Made by a program: the position numbers and the translations under genes. DNA of 64,000 nucleotides from Felis catus. Lineage: Eukaryota. Below are positions 1-12,760 of the stretch, one piece after another (positions within the stretch are counted from its first letter, which is position 1; each line of letters opens with the position of its first letter). Under the pieces are notes generated by a model. That model saw only the letters and a program-made list of their open reading frames with translations, did no database searches and had not been told where the DNA came from. The DNA lies in NCBI RefSeq assembly GCF_018350175.1, contig NC_058368.1, forward strand, positions 67,954,001 to 68,018,000, written 5' to 3'.

Positions 1-202
1 TTTCCTCTTTTTATAAGGACATAGTCATATTTGGACTAAGGCCCATCCTACTGACCGTATCTTAACTTAATCATCTGCAAAGGCCCTATTTCCAAATAAT
101 GTCACCTTATGAGATACTGGCAGACTTTCACATGTGAATTTTGGACTTTGGTATGTGAATTGTCGGGGGGTAGGGGGGAGGCGCATAACCCCACCTATAA
201 CA
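1..202 (-). mobile_element. MaLR LTR (MLT1-type), truncated by window edge
   Basis: Motifs ttttataaggac...atcatctgcaaaggccctatttccaaataatgtcac and terminal ataaca resemble the reverse complement of an MLT1 5' half. Confidence 0.8.
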
Positions 203-207
203 TGTCC

Positions 208-257
208 TAAGTGATTCTGACCCAGATGTGGTTTGTATTCCATTTTGAGAAACACTG
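208..257. mobile_element. hAT MER5-like terminal fragment
   Basis: gtgattctga...ttttgagaaacactg resembles a MER5 terminus. Confidence 0.5.
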
Positions 258-2129
258 GATGGGAGACTACAGGCTGAGTGTCAGAGAATGTGAGGCTAGT
301 GGCTGCCCAGCACTGTGTTTTCTTTATATTTGAGAGAAGCAGTTGAAAGTGGAATGAAGCATGGTACATAGGGTGACTGGAAAAGAACACCCTTGTAACT
401 AACGGTAGGTGAACAGAGACCTTAGGGATTGCTTCTGAATAGCTCTGGAGGAGACATTATTAGCACTCCTGTTAAACCTGGAAGGCTTCTGGGCGGTATC
501 CTCAACCCTGTGACAGGGCTGTGATCCTGAGAAATCTAGCTGAGTCCATGCTCAGAACCTCAGCTTACTTGTATAGTTCTTCTGAATTGTTTGGTAATTC
601 CTGCCACAGACCCATGTTTACTCTAGAACCTTAGGCCATAGTACCTAAGTGTAGACCTTTCCAAAATATTATCTCTCTCCATAGATGGACTGGTCATGTG
701 AAAATTCGAATACATGGTGACCAACCTAGGGCTTCCCTCGTTACACCAGTTACCTCCATCCCTGAGCTGAACCTGTGGTGGAGAGTTCTGGAAGATACCT
801 GAAGTAAACAGGAATGCCTTACTCCAGCTCCTCCAGCTGGTATGTGCTTGGAGAGCACTGCTTTATAATTTGGAATTGACAATGAGATTACATTTTAGCT
901 CTGATATTGCTGGGCATATTTTCAGGCATATTTCCAATAAAATTAAAAAAGAATATGTATGGGTATTATGGTCTAATATTTGAAAATATTCAGGATTTAT
1001 TTTTCTTAATGTACCTGCTCATACCCCATGGCTCTGCCTGGGCCAGGTAACTAGAGTCTTCTAGTCCAGTGTCTCAGGAGAGGACTGTTATGAATGAGGG
1101 GAGATGACCCATAGACATTGGAAAACCACAGAAGATATAGTTGAGAGACTTGCCATAAATGTATGAAAGAAACAACAGGTGTGGAAAAGTGCCTTATGAT
1201 ATAAAGCCAAGTTGTTGTTTTTTTCACCCAAGAAGAGGTACAGATCCCACAGAATGTAAAGGAAAGAATTAGGGAAGAGTCCAGGTAGGTGGAATCAACT
1301 CTCCATGAGAAGGTTTCCTATCCTCTTACCTGCTTCCTTAGGTCAAGTCATAATGCAAGACCCAAAGATAATCATTTTTATTTTTATGTCCATATTTAGG
1401 TTTATATGGTAGTGGTTTATTTATAACTATATATTTTGTGTCCTACTTAAAAATATATGATGAATATTTTTTCACGTTGTGATATTATTCTTGTTTTAGT
1501 GTCTAAGATGTCGACCATCTAGTAGTTGTACCCTAAATATATTGTGAGCTACACCTGTGTGATTGTAATGAAGTTATGCAATGAAGGGAAAAATCTAGGG
1601 ATACATTTGTAAGGGAGGAATTACCTATGAGTCTTTACCTCCCTCCTCACTCCTGTTGGGCACACACTGCCAAAAGAGTGGGTTTATTTATCTACCTGGT
1701 GCTCAGTCCTTGAACCCCGATGAACTTCACCACTAGAAAGGATGAAATGTCCACTTACAGGTCCAACCCTGCTTCGGTCTAAGACAGGTTTCACCATTCT
1801 GGCCAAAGCTCTTGTTTTGACATAGTCAAATAACCTTTCCCCCTTCTGGAATGCTCTCCCTACATTTCTCTGCCTTTCCAAACACTCTGTCATTGTATTT
1901 CCAGGCCTCACACGAGTGAGATCTGCCTAGTGAAACCTTCCTTAATGAGCTTTCCTGTGAAGTCCTGGTTGAGTTTTTTCCTCTGCTCTTGTTTTACCTC
2001 ATCTGTTGTATTGTAAATTAGTTGCAATCAGGAATCATATGTTGTCCTTCTGGGTATTTCTTATTATTTCTGTTACAATGTGGAACCTCTAGTGCTTGGC
2101 AAAGACCATCTTTTAAAAATGGACGTCTT

Positions 2130-2366
2130 GAGGCATCTGGGTGATTCAGTCGGTTGAGCATCTGACTTTGGCTCAGGTCATGATCTTGCGGTTCGTGAGT
2201 TTGAATGAACTCTCCCAATGAACGCTGCGCCACCCCTGTTGGGCTCTGTGCTGACAGCTCAGAGCTTGGAACGTGCTTTGGCGTCTGTGTGTCCCTCTCT
2301 GTCTGCCCCTCCTCCACTCATGCTCTGTCTCTCTCTCTCTCTAAAAAATAAACATTAAACAAAATG
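2130..2366 (+). mobile_element. Carnivore SINE (SINEC_Fc type) with ~25-bp internal insertion
   Basis: tRNA-like head, (CT)n, A-rich tail; TSD aaaaatggacgtctt (2115-2129) / aaaaacggaagtctt (2367-2381). Confidence 0.95.
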
Positions 2367-2439
2367 AAAAACGGAAGTCTTCAGAAAGGCGACATTTTCC
2401 AAAAGTCCCTGGAAAAGAGTGATGATTAAGTATATTGTA

Positions 2440-2700
2440 CTAATTAAATAGAATATATACATCCACTAAAATCATAACTATGATGATTATATATCAGCAT
2501 GAAAATGTCACAAATTCTATTTAATTTTAAGTGAAGAAAATAGAAGATAAAATTATATTTATACTACAGTTATAGCTATGGGAAAACATGAATAAGGCTG
2601 GGAGAGAATATAAATATAAAGACAGTTATATTTAGGTGATAGATTAATGGGTGAATTACTTTCTTTTAATACTAAAATACCATTTTTATAATAATTGAAA
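2440..2700 (+). mobile_element. Old L1 (L1ME-like) 3' fragment
   Basis: A-rich, with degenerate L1 3'UTR motifs (actaaaatcata...gacagttata..ggtgatagattaatgggtga). Confidence 0.5.
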
Positions 2701-4017
2701 AACAGAGCAATAGTTCAGACTGTGGTCAGCTATGGAGAAAAGTACTCAGTTTCTGGGAATGGAAAATGAAATGAGTTATACAGACATTTCAACAGCTTTA
2801 TTTGCATAAACTGATTTGGATAGCTTTATGCTTTTTAATTTTTATCTTAAACAATAATGTATATTCACTTGATATAGGACATGGCTACCCTGTCTTAGGA
2901 GATCCACCTTGGAATCCTGCCATTTATAAAAGAAGCATCAATTTCAATTTCCCCCTAAAAGTAGCATTGCCAGTAGGATATCTGGAATTCAAGATCTACC
3001 CTAAACTTCTTTTGTTCAAAATCCACACCTTTTGGGGGTTCTCGTATTTTGTTTGTGTGAAAGAAACAGTTCTGGTGTTTGAATCATCATGTCCTTTTGC
3101 CACATAACAATGTCATGTGGGGTTCTCATCAGGGAAGAAAAGGCAGCACACCGGATAAGATTTAGCTATGATTATCTCATCATCTCTTTTCATTTGCTAT
3201 GCCACTGGCAAAACTCTTTTTTAAAGAAGGTTCAGCAAAATGATTGGCACTCAGTAAGTGGTTGATATTGAATAGGAAAAGCCAAGAGCTAATTTGAAGT
3301 CTTTATATAATGTTCTTTGTTTAAAAAAATGAAGAGAAAAAATCCAAAATTAGAATACTAAGAACTAGAGCAGTCTTGCACCATACTGTTTTAATTGGCT
3401 GTTGCTCATGAGAAGAATCAATAATTTCTTTTGAAGTTTCACATCAACTGCTTAATTTTATCAAGACTTGTAATTAATCAGCTGTGACTAAAATGAATCA
3501 GCTGTAATTTTAACCTTAGGTTTTTTTTTTTAAATAGCTACAGTGATATAAGTAATAGGTTATCTAACCTTATTCAAAACCTTATAAATGATTTTAGCTG
3601 TATTTTGGAGGAACTACAACTTATCAATTTACTCCTGAATTTCAGCAATAGCATTTGCAATACCTTTTCAGAACACATTTATTGAAATGTTAATGTAATT
3701 TTGTGTTCTTCAGGTATTTTAACTGTTTCGTTTTAACCACTGAGTAATAATATAGGAGTGCCTCGTATATTTCCAACACTGTGCCTGGTACATGGAGGCA
3801 GAGAAGTGAGTCAAAAGTAGCGTAAGGGACAGATCTTATTTTCAAAGACCTTCTAATATAAATGGAGGAACAGAATGATTGGACATACATGAAACAATCA
3901 AGAATAACTGGCTTTCAAACTGTCATCTGAACTGATTGTAGATAAGTAATTTCAGAAATGCAGGAACGCTTGAGTAGTGTGAGCTCCTTGGAGGACATGG
4001 AACTTGGGTGGAGACTT

Positions 4018-4480
4018 GTGGTGTGGTGTGGCTGAGTCTATTACTTTTCTCCAGTACCTGTTCTTCCTTTCTTAGATAGGAGTGAAATTTATCTAATTTC
4101 ACTGATTTCCTGGCTGAATGCTGCACCTCTCACAGCTCTTGCACCTACATGTGATCAAGTTCTGTACAGTGGGTTCTAAGCAGAACTGTGTGTTTAGCTT
4201 CTAGATCATGCTATTAAAGCAGGAAGTATGCCTGCCCCTTATTACTTTTTGTCTGTCTGACTGGATGGGACACAGATAAAATAGTGAGAAGCTGGAACAT
4301 CCATCTTGGGCCATGATATTGGAGTCATGTGAATATGGCAGATAACAAAATGAAAGGAGCAAGAGCCCTTGTCAACCTCATCAGAGTTGTCATGACAGCT
4401 AAGGATTCTACGTGTAAGAGAAATTAATTATCTTGTTTAAGCCATCGTTATTTTGAGTGTCCCTGTTATAGCCAACCCTA
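4018..4480 (+). mobile_element. MaLR LTR (MLT1I/J-like)
   Basis: ccatcttgggccatga and agaaattaattatcttgtttaagccatcgttattttg..ctgttatagcc are typical of the MLT1J-group 3' end. Confidence 0.7.
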
Positions 4481-4846
4481 GATCCCAGCATAAGTGGATG
4501 GAATTTAGATCAGCTGAAGAGTGGAGGGAAACATTCCACTGAAGGAAATAGCTGGAGCAGAAGCCCTGGGTAGGGATGATTCTCTATCTCAGAGTGTCTC
4601 CACCTTAAAGAGTGAGTAAAGGTGTATTACTTACTTCACTTCATGTAGTCAGAGAATACACTTTGTATGATTTGAATCCTTTACAATTTATGGAGACTTG
4701 CTTTATGGCCTAACATATGGTCTATCCTGAAGAATGTTCCTTGTGTACTTGGAAATAATATGATTCTACTGTTGGTGTGTGGAATGTTCTATAGATATCT
4801 GTTAGGTCTAGTTTGTTTATAATATTGTTCAAAACTTTGTTTCTTT

Positions 4847-5070
4847 TTTTTTTTTAATTTTTTTTTTCAACGTTTATTTATTTCTGGGACAGAGAGAGAC
4901 AGAGCATGAACGGGGGAGGGGCAGAGAGAGAGGGAGACACAGAATCGGAAACAGGCTCCAGGCTCTGAGCCATCAGCCCAGAGCCTGACGCGGGGCTCGA
5001 ACTCATGGACCGCGAGATCGTGACCTGGCTGAAGTCGGACGCTTAACCGACTGCGCCACCCAGGCGCCCC
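4847..5070 (-). mobile_element. Young felid SINE (SINEC_Fc)
   Basis: Full length, CpG-rich, ends ccacccaggcgcccc; TSD aaaactttgtttcttt (4831-4846) / aaaattttgtttcttt (5072-5087). Confidence 0.97.
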
Positions 5071-5816
5071 TAAAATTTTGTTTCTTTACCTTTTGTCTAC
5101 TTGTTCTCTCCATTGTTGAAAGTGAAACATGGAAGCCTTATTATTAAACTTATTATTAGCCTTCCTTATTAAGCTATTATTGTTGAATTGCCTGTTTTTC
5201 CCTTCATTTCTGTTAGTTTTTGTTTTGTTCATTCCTGTTAGTTTTAGTTTTCATATATTTTGGGGCTCTGTTATTGATACATGTTTATAATTTCTTTTTA
5301 TATATTATAATTTCTCATAACTTCGTATGTTTTCTTGATGGGTTGACCCCCTTATCATTATAAAATATCCTGCCTTGTCTCTTGTAGCAATTTTTGCCTT
5401 AAAATCTATTTTATCTGATATTGGTATAGTCATTTCTGCTTTCTTTTGGTGTAAACCCTACCATATCAGTAATTTTATTAAATGTAAATGTAATGAACAT
5501 TCCCACTAAAGATGGAGATTGTTTAGTTTTCTATATGTGTTGTCATTTTTGTTTCTCTCTTTCTCCATTACTGCCTTCTTTTGGGTTAAATAGATATTTT
5601 CTAGGTTCCCAGTTTAATGCCCTTGTCATTTCTTTTACTATATATTTTGCTATAAATTTCGGGTTTTTTTTTTAGTGAATGCCCTGAGGATTCAATTTAC
5701 ATCATAATTTATAACAGTCTAGTTTGGATCAATACCAACTTAATTTCGGTATTGTAAAACAACTTTCCTCCTACATAGCTCCATTTTCCACTCCCTCCTT
5801 TGTGCTGCTTTCAGTA

Positions 5817-5980
5817 ATATACACACACACACACACATATGTATATATATGTATATATACGTGTATATGTATGTATATATGTACATATACACATGTATAT
5901 ATGTATATATATGTATATATGTGTGTGTATGTGTATATATCTATCTATCTATATATCTTGATGTGTATATATATGTACAC
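5817..5980. repeat. Compound (CA)/(TA)/(TG) alternating purine-pyrimidine microsatellite
   Basis: Directly visible. Confidence 0.95.
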
Positions 5981-6594
5981 TCGCATTATGTGCCCATTAA
6001 CACAGATTTATAGTCATGGCTTTATGCAGTTGCCTTTCACAGCAGATAGAAAAAGAGGAAGCTCCATTGTTTCCAAAGGTGGGTTTCAGGCTGCTGATTT
6101 GCAACCTAGCTGTGAGCTGGAGGGCAAGGCATGGCAAGTCTAAATGCCACAAAGTTCTTACTGATACTTGGCTTTCTTACAGAAATGCCCTCTGGGTCCT
6201 TGCAAGAATTTGGTTACTTTGCAAAGTTCTGAGAAAGTTATCTTTGACTATTTTTGCCAGTTTTTTTTTACTGCTTTTATAGAGGAAAGAATTTTCAGAG
6301 GTTCTTACTCTATTATTGCTGATGTCATTCTGTCATCCACCTTTATGGCTTTTTATAGGTATTAATTATTATTGTTTAGGTGTTTTAACAAGTTAGGTAA
6401 TTTTTAACATATTATTTAAGACCCCAGTGGGGAAATTTTACTTTTGCTCTTACAGTTATGTTGGCTAGAACATGTCATGTTGATAGTCTATTATACTTGG
6501 GAATACCAAATTTGGATTCATAGTTAACATATCTAAAAATTTAATTCTTATTGTTTACAAGCAAATATGTGTTTTATTAACATTCAAATATTTG

Positions 6595-6832
6595 TTTAAC
6601 AAATATTTTATGGCTATTTATACTGTTCTAACCACTTTATAAACATTGATGTATTTAATTTCCATAACCCTCTGAGGAGAGTGTCATTATTAGCCTTATT
6701 TTGAACTGAGGAAACAAAGTCACAGAGAGGCTAAGAAACTTGCCAGAGTTTGTATGAATAGTGAATGGCAGAAACTGAATTCAAATCCAGGCAGTCAGGC
6801 TCCAGATTATGCCTTTGATCATTATGCTGCCT
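6595..6832 (-). mobile_element. MIR SINE
   Basis: tgaggaaac..cacagagaggctaagaaacttgcc...attcaaatccaggcagtc.ggctccaga matches the reverse-complement MIR core. Confidence 0.85.
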
Positions 6833-6861
6833 CTTCAAATATTTACATTAATGATTATATT

Positions 6862-7150
6862 TAATTCATTTATTCTAATATTTATTGAGCATATATATAT
6901 ATATACCATATGCTAGTCATTATGGATATGGACATATAGTCTCTACCATTACAGAGCTTGTAATTGAGGGACAGGGGAGTAGAAACATTAGACTAATAAT
7001 TATACAAATTATGAGTGATACCAAGGGTAAGTTTCAGAGTGTTTGACTGTAACCTGAAAGTATTATGAGGAAAACTTAATCTTGTTTAGAGGAACCAGAA
7101 AAGGTTTGTTTCAAAAAGGAAATTGGCAAAATGAGATCTAAAAGCCGAGT
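6862..7150 (-). mobile_element. L2 3' fragment
   Basis: ttcatttattc..tatttattgagc start, typical of an antisense L2 tail. Confidence 0.55.
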
Positions 7151-9712
7151 AGATTTATCTAGACCCCAGCCAGGCCATCCCTGCTGATTGAATTCTGCTG
7201 CTTCTGTTAGCTGCCAATCTACTTTCTTCCCTGCTTTGTTCCCCTTTCTTCTTTCTTGCCTTCTTTATCTCATAACTCCTTTTTGTTCTTTGGAATATCA
7301 CATAAAAAGGGTAGTCATTGGCATTCAATCAGTATGTTTCTTTTATTCTGTGTTAGGCATGATTTGGCAGTGGTTGGAAATTCTTAATTGTGCCTGCAGT
7401 TGTTTGGTGCTTAGGGGTTTCTTCTCTGTGTCACCTCATAAAACCGTATTTCTGTGCTATTTTAACTCAGTTTTTAAAGACTACTCAGACTTAATTTTTA
7501 TAAGAGATCCAATACATTTTAGAAAATGGTTATATTGTATTAAAAATGGCAGGGAATCACAACTCCCTAAAATGTTGCGAATATCTGCCTTTGTGGCTTT
7601 AATTGTATGTGGACATAGCTTCTGAGTGTGTCAGTTCTTTGCCTTGGTGCCCTCAATCAGTAGCTTGGCAACATATTACACTGGCAGGTTCTTATTGTCT
7701 GTCAACACAAAGCTTGTTTTGTGCACAGTATTAGCTCCTGGATGGTTCTGGAAAGGTGATGTGTCACTGAAATTTTCTTTTTTGACATGTCTCTTACCTG
7801 GTGGTTAATGGCTGTGATGAAATATTTGTTCTTCAAGAAATGAACCATTTCTTCCTGGCCATATATTCTAGTTTTTTGATGATATATTTTCCAAAAGATT
7901 GCCAATGAAACCTTCTTTTTTTTCCCTGTTCATTTAAAACATGTCTACCATTTCTCCATTTTAGGTTTATTATTCCTATCAATGAAGTGATGTGTAACTG
8001 CAGTATATCAGGCATTCTATTGTAAACCAATTGATTGATTACCTTTAACATGAAGGACTCCTTGTAGAGAAAGAAGAGATGACAAATTCAGGATGTGTTC
8101 CATTCAACAACAAATGAAACAGAAAAGCAGATTTCTACTAAATTGCTTGGACAAAAAAGAGTGGTGAGAGAGTATATATTTTGTAATCAATACAAAGTGA
8201 ATTATGTTTTTGTCTGTCTTGTATCACATAACACAAAACCTGCTGGATGTATTTTCGGCTAGAGAGTAATCTGGAGTCTAGGTCTAGTGTAGTTTATCTT
8301 GAAAGAGCTTTTGAGGCCTAAACGAAATTTATGCTGGTATACTTCAATATGATAGTCATTTTCTGGAGTAATAGCTAATATTGAGATAGAACAATAGGTC
8401 TATGTGACTGACATTCCAGAGAGATGAACCACACATATTCAGATACCATATCTTTAAAAACAAATGGGTGGTTTCAATATACGATTCCAATCAAAGTAAC
8501 AAAAACAGGTACTCTGAATTGTAGGTATTGGTTTCTGAAGGTGTTGCTCCTCTTAAGGGCAGCTCTATTTAGCATACTCTAGCATAGCACAGCAACAGGA
8601 GCTTAGGTCTCTAACAATGGTTAATGCCTTGGGCTCTGTGACGAAAAAACAAAACAAAACAAACAACAGCAACAACAACAACAAACCCAGGCAATTTTTC
8701 ATAAATCTGAGTATTGCTGTGGTGAGGAGTAAAAACAAATATGCATGCTTTTCATCAGTTCCAACAAGAGAGAAAAGTTAAAATTGGACATAGGACTGAT
8801 TTAGAGAACCATGAGGAGAAAGGCCAGTAGAAATATCACACTGGCACTACCACAGGATTCTGAAGGCTGTTGTGGAATTTTTGGCCTGGCGGCTTTAAAA
8901 ATGGCACAGTGTCACCAGCCTGAAGTTGTTAAGTTACCTGCATTCAGAAGTATTATCAGACATCATAAAATTACAGGAATTATTTTTACACTGAGACCTG
9001 CGTTCTAGTTCTGGTTCTGATAGTAGTTAGTTATATGATCGTAGGCATATGTTAAAAACCGGAAAGTAGGGGAGTTAGATTGGACTCGCTCCAAGGTCAC
9101 TAAGAGCTGTGAGTTCTTTTCAACTTCCTTCCTTCCAGTAATTATGGTCATCATATTTTGCATAGCTGTGTGCTGGGCTCAAGAAAATTAAGATTGTATC
9201 TAATCAATGCTGCAGGAAAAGCTTAAGAAAATTTACAATAAGACTCTTCCACTGGGTCTACTTGGTGACACATCTGGACCTAGGACCTCTGGTTGTGATA
9301 ATACTTGGGTGAAAGTCTAAAGTTCTGGCATAGTTGGGGAAATAATTTAATCAATTTTATGAATATTTTTGACAGGTTAACCTCCGCTGTATTTTCATTT
9401 TCCAATTATTCTCAGTAACTCCTCTGAACTCTTCAAAACACCTTCATACCTCATGTCTACTTTGGTCTGCAAAAATGGGAATAAGGCATGCCATGAGTCC
9501 TCAGTCATGCATAGGTGAGATACGCTAAGTAAGGGTGGAAGGAAGGACGAGATGGCTCCTCTGGAGTCAGTATCCTCTGGGAGAAAGAGAAAGTCAGTGG
9601 TCAGGAAGCCTAGCCAAGTCAGATGGCCAGAAGTTTAGCTGAACATGCTTTGGCAGAAGCACAAACCAATAGCAGATGAAGGTCAATATCCAAGTCAAGA
9701 AATAGTGAAGTA

Positions 9713-9925
9713 GGGGCACCTGGGTGGCGCAGTCGGTTAAGCATCTGACTTCAGCCAGGTCACGATCTCGCGGTCCGTGAGTTCGAGCCCCGCGTCGGGC
9801 TCTGGGCTGATGGCTCAGAGCCTGGAGCCTGTTTCCGATTCTGTGTCTCCCTCTCTCTCTGCCCCTCCCCCGTTCATGCTCTGTCTCTCTCTGTCCCAAA
9901 AATAAATAAACATTGAAAAAAAAAA
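9713..9925 (+). mobile_element. Young felid SINE (SINEC_Fc)
   Basis: ggggcacctgggtggcgcagtcggtt head, intact B-box gttcgagcc; perfect TSD aagaaatagtgaagta (9697-9712 / 9926-9941). Confidence 0.97.
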
Positions 9926-11300
9926 AAGAAATAGTGAAGTAGATGGAGATCAGGGAAGATGTTTCAGGAGATACATCTATGTCTGTGTCCACATGTTCAA
10001 AAAAGCTTGGTTTGCTTAGTTAACCAATGAGGAAAGCATGAGGGTTACTGGGGTGAGCTAACTTACCCAAGGTTGTTCTTCCCCAATCAATGGGATGCCA
10101 AGAATCAAACCTACAGCTTTTGAGTACGTTTTCTATTCAGTTTCCCCTCCACCTCTCATTGTTAGGATTAGGGTGCTCTATGTATGTTAAAGAATATGTC
10201 AATTCTCACATAAAGTTTTAATGAGAAACATGTCATCCATTGTTTGAAGATTCACTTTCTCATCAGGCACCAGATGTGAAAGCAAGTGTATGACGCAATG
10301 TGCCAGTTAGGATCATGGAAACCTGAGACCGCATGTTTGCACATTCATGTTTCTTTCCTTACAAGCAGAGCGTTAGAATTCAAGGTTTATACAAAGTGTT
10401 GTTGTGAGCATGAATTTTTAAAATATGTTATTGTTTAATGCAAAATTGCAAATAAGGAACACATGCCTGGTTACCTGAGGGCATCATTGTTGGCTGGAAA
10501 ATCCATTCAGTCCACATCTGTCCCTAGTTCCGAAAGTCCCTGATGGATAACCTGGCTCAGCATCTCTTGAATATCTCCTCCTCACTGCACTCCAAGCATC
10601 TGTTGTCCCAGACTCACCATTTGCTTCTCATGTTTCAGAGAGATGCTGGTGATGCAGGGTGGGTTTTTTTTTTCCTCTCTGAAGAAAAATGCAAACAAAT
10701 GCTTGATCTATCTGTTTATGTATGTATTTGTTGTTACCTTTCCACTCTTAAGTAATAAAGCATTCTTTATGACCCATCTGGATTATTTCATTGTTCTTCT
10801 TCCTTAATAATGCCCTACAAGGCTGCTAAGTCAGTCCTTTTCAATTCTCTATATACTTGGCCTATGCAAAAGCTGTTATTTTATGACTATAAAACATTAT
10901 TTTTATTCCAGTTGAGGTTATGTTTCCTCACTTTTGAAAATGCTTATTATGTCATGTCTGAATATACAAAATACATGTAGCATAAGAACAGGAACATCTG
11001 TGAATCCACGATACTATTGCATCCTAGTGTCTTACCTTGAACTCCTTACCTATTTGGTCTCAACCTCTTCTGGTCTTTGGTTTCTACCCCCCCACCCCCC
11101 TCCGGGGTACCGGATGTCCTAAATTGCTTTTTAATTTATACTTTTTATCACATAAGTTTGAATCTCTAAAGAGTATGCCATTTAGTTTCATTAATTTTGT
11201 GATCTTAAAATGAGTATCGATATATACAATTTTCGATGAGTTGCTTTGTGGGGACAAAATTATATTTCTAAGAAATTTCGGTGATTTGCTCCTTAAAGAG

Positions 11301-11463
11301 CCAGGCTTTTTAAACTTGAACGTGCACACAAATCACCTTGGGAGCTTGTTAAGATCTGGTTTTTGATTCAGGACATCCACAGTCGGACCTGAGGCTCTGC
11401 GTTTCCAACATGCTCTCGGGTCTTGTTCATGTTGCTGGTTTGTGTCACATCTTGACCAGCAAA
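11301..11463. mobile_element. hAT-Charlie MITE (MER5B-like)
   Basis: aaacttga...aatcaccttgggagcttgttaa...cctgaggctctgcgtttccaaca pattern. Confidence 0.75.
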
Positions 11464-11996
11464 GTTATAGGGGGCACAGATTATTTACAGTTAATAGATA
11501 TATGGGGCCTTACTCTGAGATAAATAGCTTATTAAATTCAGGTGTACCTTCCTGAAAACACACATCTTCCTTACATTTATTTCTTTTCCTAAGCCTTAGT
11601 GGAAAGACGGAAATTGTGAGAAGCATTTGGGGCTGGCTCCCTTTGACCTAAGAGCAAGGATGAGCGATGCCCTTGGCTGAAGCCCACTTGGTTAAAATTA
11701 ACCCAGCTTCCCTGCTGGGGATGCTTTTGCATCATATTTCATGTAGAGAGACTACGGTCATTTTTTGTTTTTTTGTTTTTTTTGAAAACTGGGATTTTCA
11801 GGCAATGGCAATGTATGTTGGCTGTGGATATCTTACTATGTGAGGGCTCTAGGACTAAATGTATATTTTTTACTTTCTTTGTCTTGCACTTCATCACTTC
11901 GTGAACCTTTGGCTTTGGTAAGGTCCCAATACTGTGAGATAACCTGTAAGAAAAGAACAGGAAGCTGTGTGACAGAATTTTGGGCCCCTCTTCAGT

Positions 11997-12007
11997 GTGA
12001 CTCAGCA
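11997..12007 (+). promoter_or_regulatory. Consensus ARE/MARE (NRF2-sMAF/AP-1) motif GTGACTCAGCA
   Basis: Exact RTGACTCAGCA match in unique sequence, overlapping an ETS-like caggaag; motif only, no functional evidence. Confidence 0.3.
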
Positions 12008-12499
12008 GGAAGATGAGCAGCTCTGATATGGAGATGATTTATCATCCTTGCGTCTCCCAGCGCATACATTTCAAGGAGCCCCTGGCACTTCTGATCCTCT
12101 TAAAGATAGACTATTTAGCAGTCCTTTTGCTTTCAGAGAGACTAAAAGATACTTGTTAGTGCTATTTATTCTACTTCTGAATTCACAATGTTAAAGTATG
12201 AAACTACAATCAACTTGCACTTTAAGAAGAGCAATTTAGCCTTTGAGAAAATGGAAAATATGGCCACATATTACATGTTATTTAATAAAGTGGGATGGAA
12301 GAGGGAATTGAGCTTTTTGGTTCTAATAGTTGTCTGCCTTAGTGAGAGAAATTAGTGTTCTGAGGAATAAGTCATGAATTATTTTACCCAATATTTACCA
12401 TTACTCTAAATAATGATGAATTTGATAGGTGTGTTGTATATTTGAAAGTCTTCCTAGTTTGTTTAGAGATAGAGAAGTTGATGTTTAATTAAAGGACAA

Positions 12500-12760
12500 G
12501 GTGTATTTTCATTGCAAATGACAGCAACTCCACTCAAATCATTTTAAGCTCCAAGAGGAATTTCTGTGCTCATGTGACTGGCAAAAATTCTCATGGTTTT
12601 GTAGCATCAGTCATGGATAGATCTAGGGCTTAATCAAGTTGCCAGTTCTCTCTCTCCCTCTCTCTGTCCTTCTCTCTCTGTAGCCCAGGTCCACTTTCTT
12701 TCTTGTGGCCAAGGGAGTGGCCAAGCTGGCCCCCTGTGGTTTGAGGCTGATGTCAGTCTA
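12500..12760 (-). mobile_element. MaLR LTR fragment (MLT1J/K-like)
   Basis: ttgcaaatgacagcaactccactcaaa...gctcatgtgactgg resembles the antisense MLT1K/J end. Confidence 0.6.

Larger units (their letters stand above)
4630..6330 (-). mobile_element. Old L1 (L1M group), internally deleted, interrupted by a SINE and a microsatellite
   Basis: Antisense ORF2 endonuclease-region motifs (atatggtctatcctgaagaatgttcc, aaaatctattttatctgatatt), with an L1M 5'-end-like block at 6200-6330. Confidence 0.8.

Noticed and set aside
5724..6143. 139-aa ORF
   Set aside because: Translation of the TA/CA/TG microsatellite and antisense L1; low complexity
9594..9992. 132-aa ORF and similar MAQSV.../RERGR... ORFs (2018, 14159, 14415, 17279, 17626, 17910, 22094, 37207, 51090, 52651, 54217)
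   Set aside because: All are read-throughs of SINEC elements
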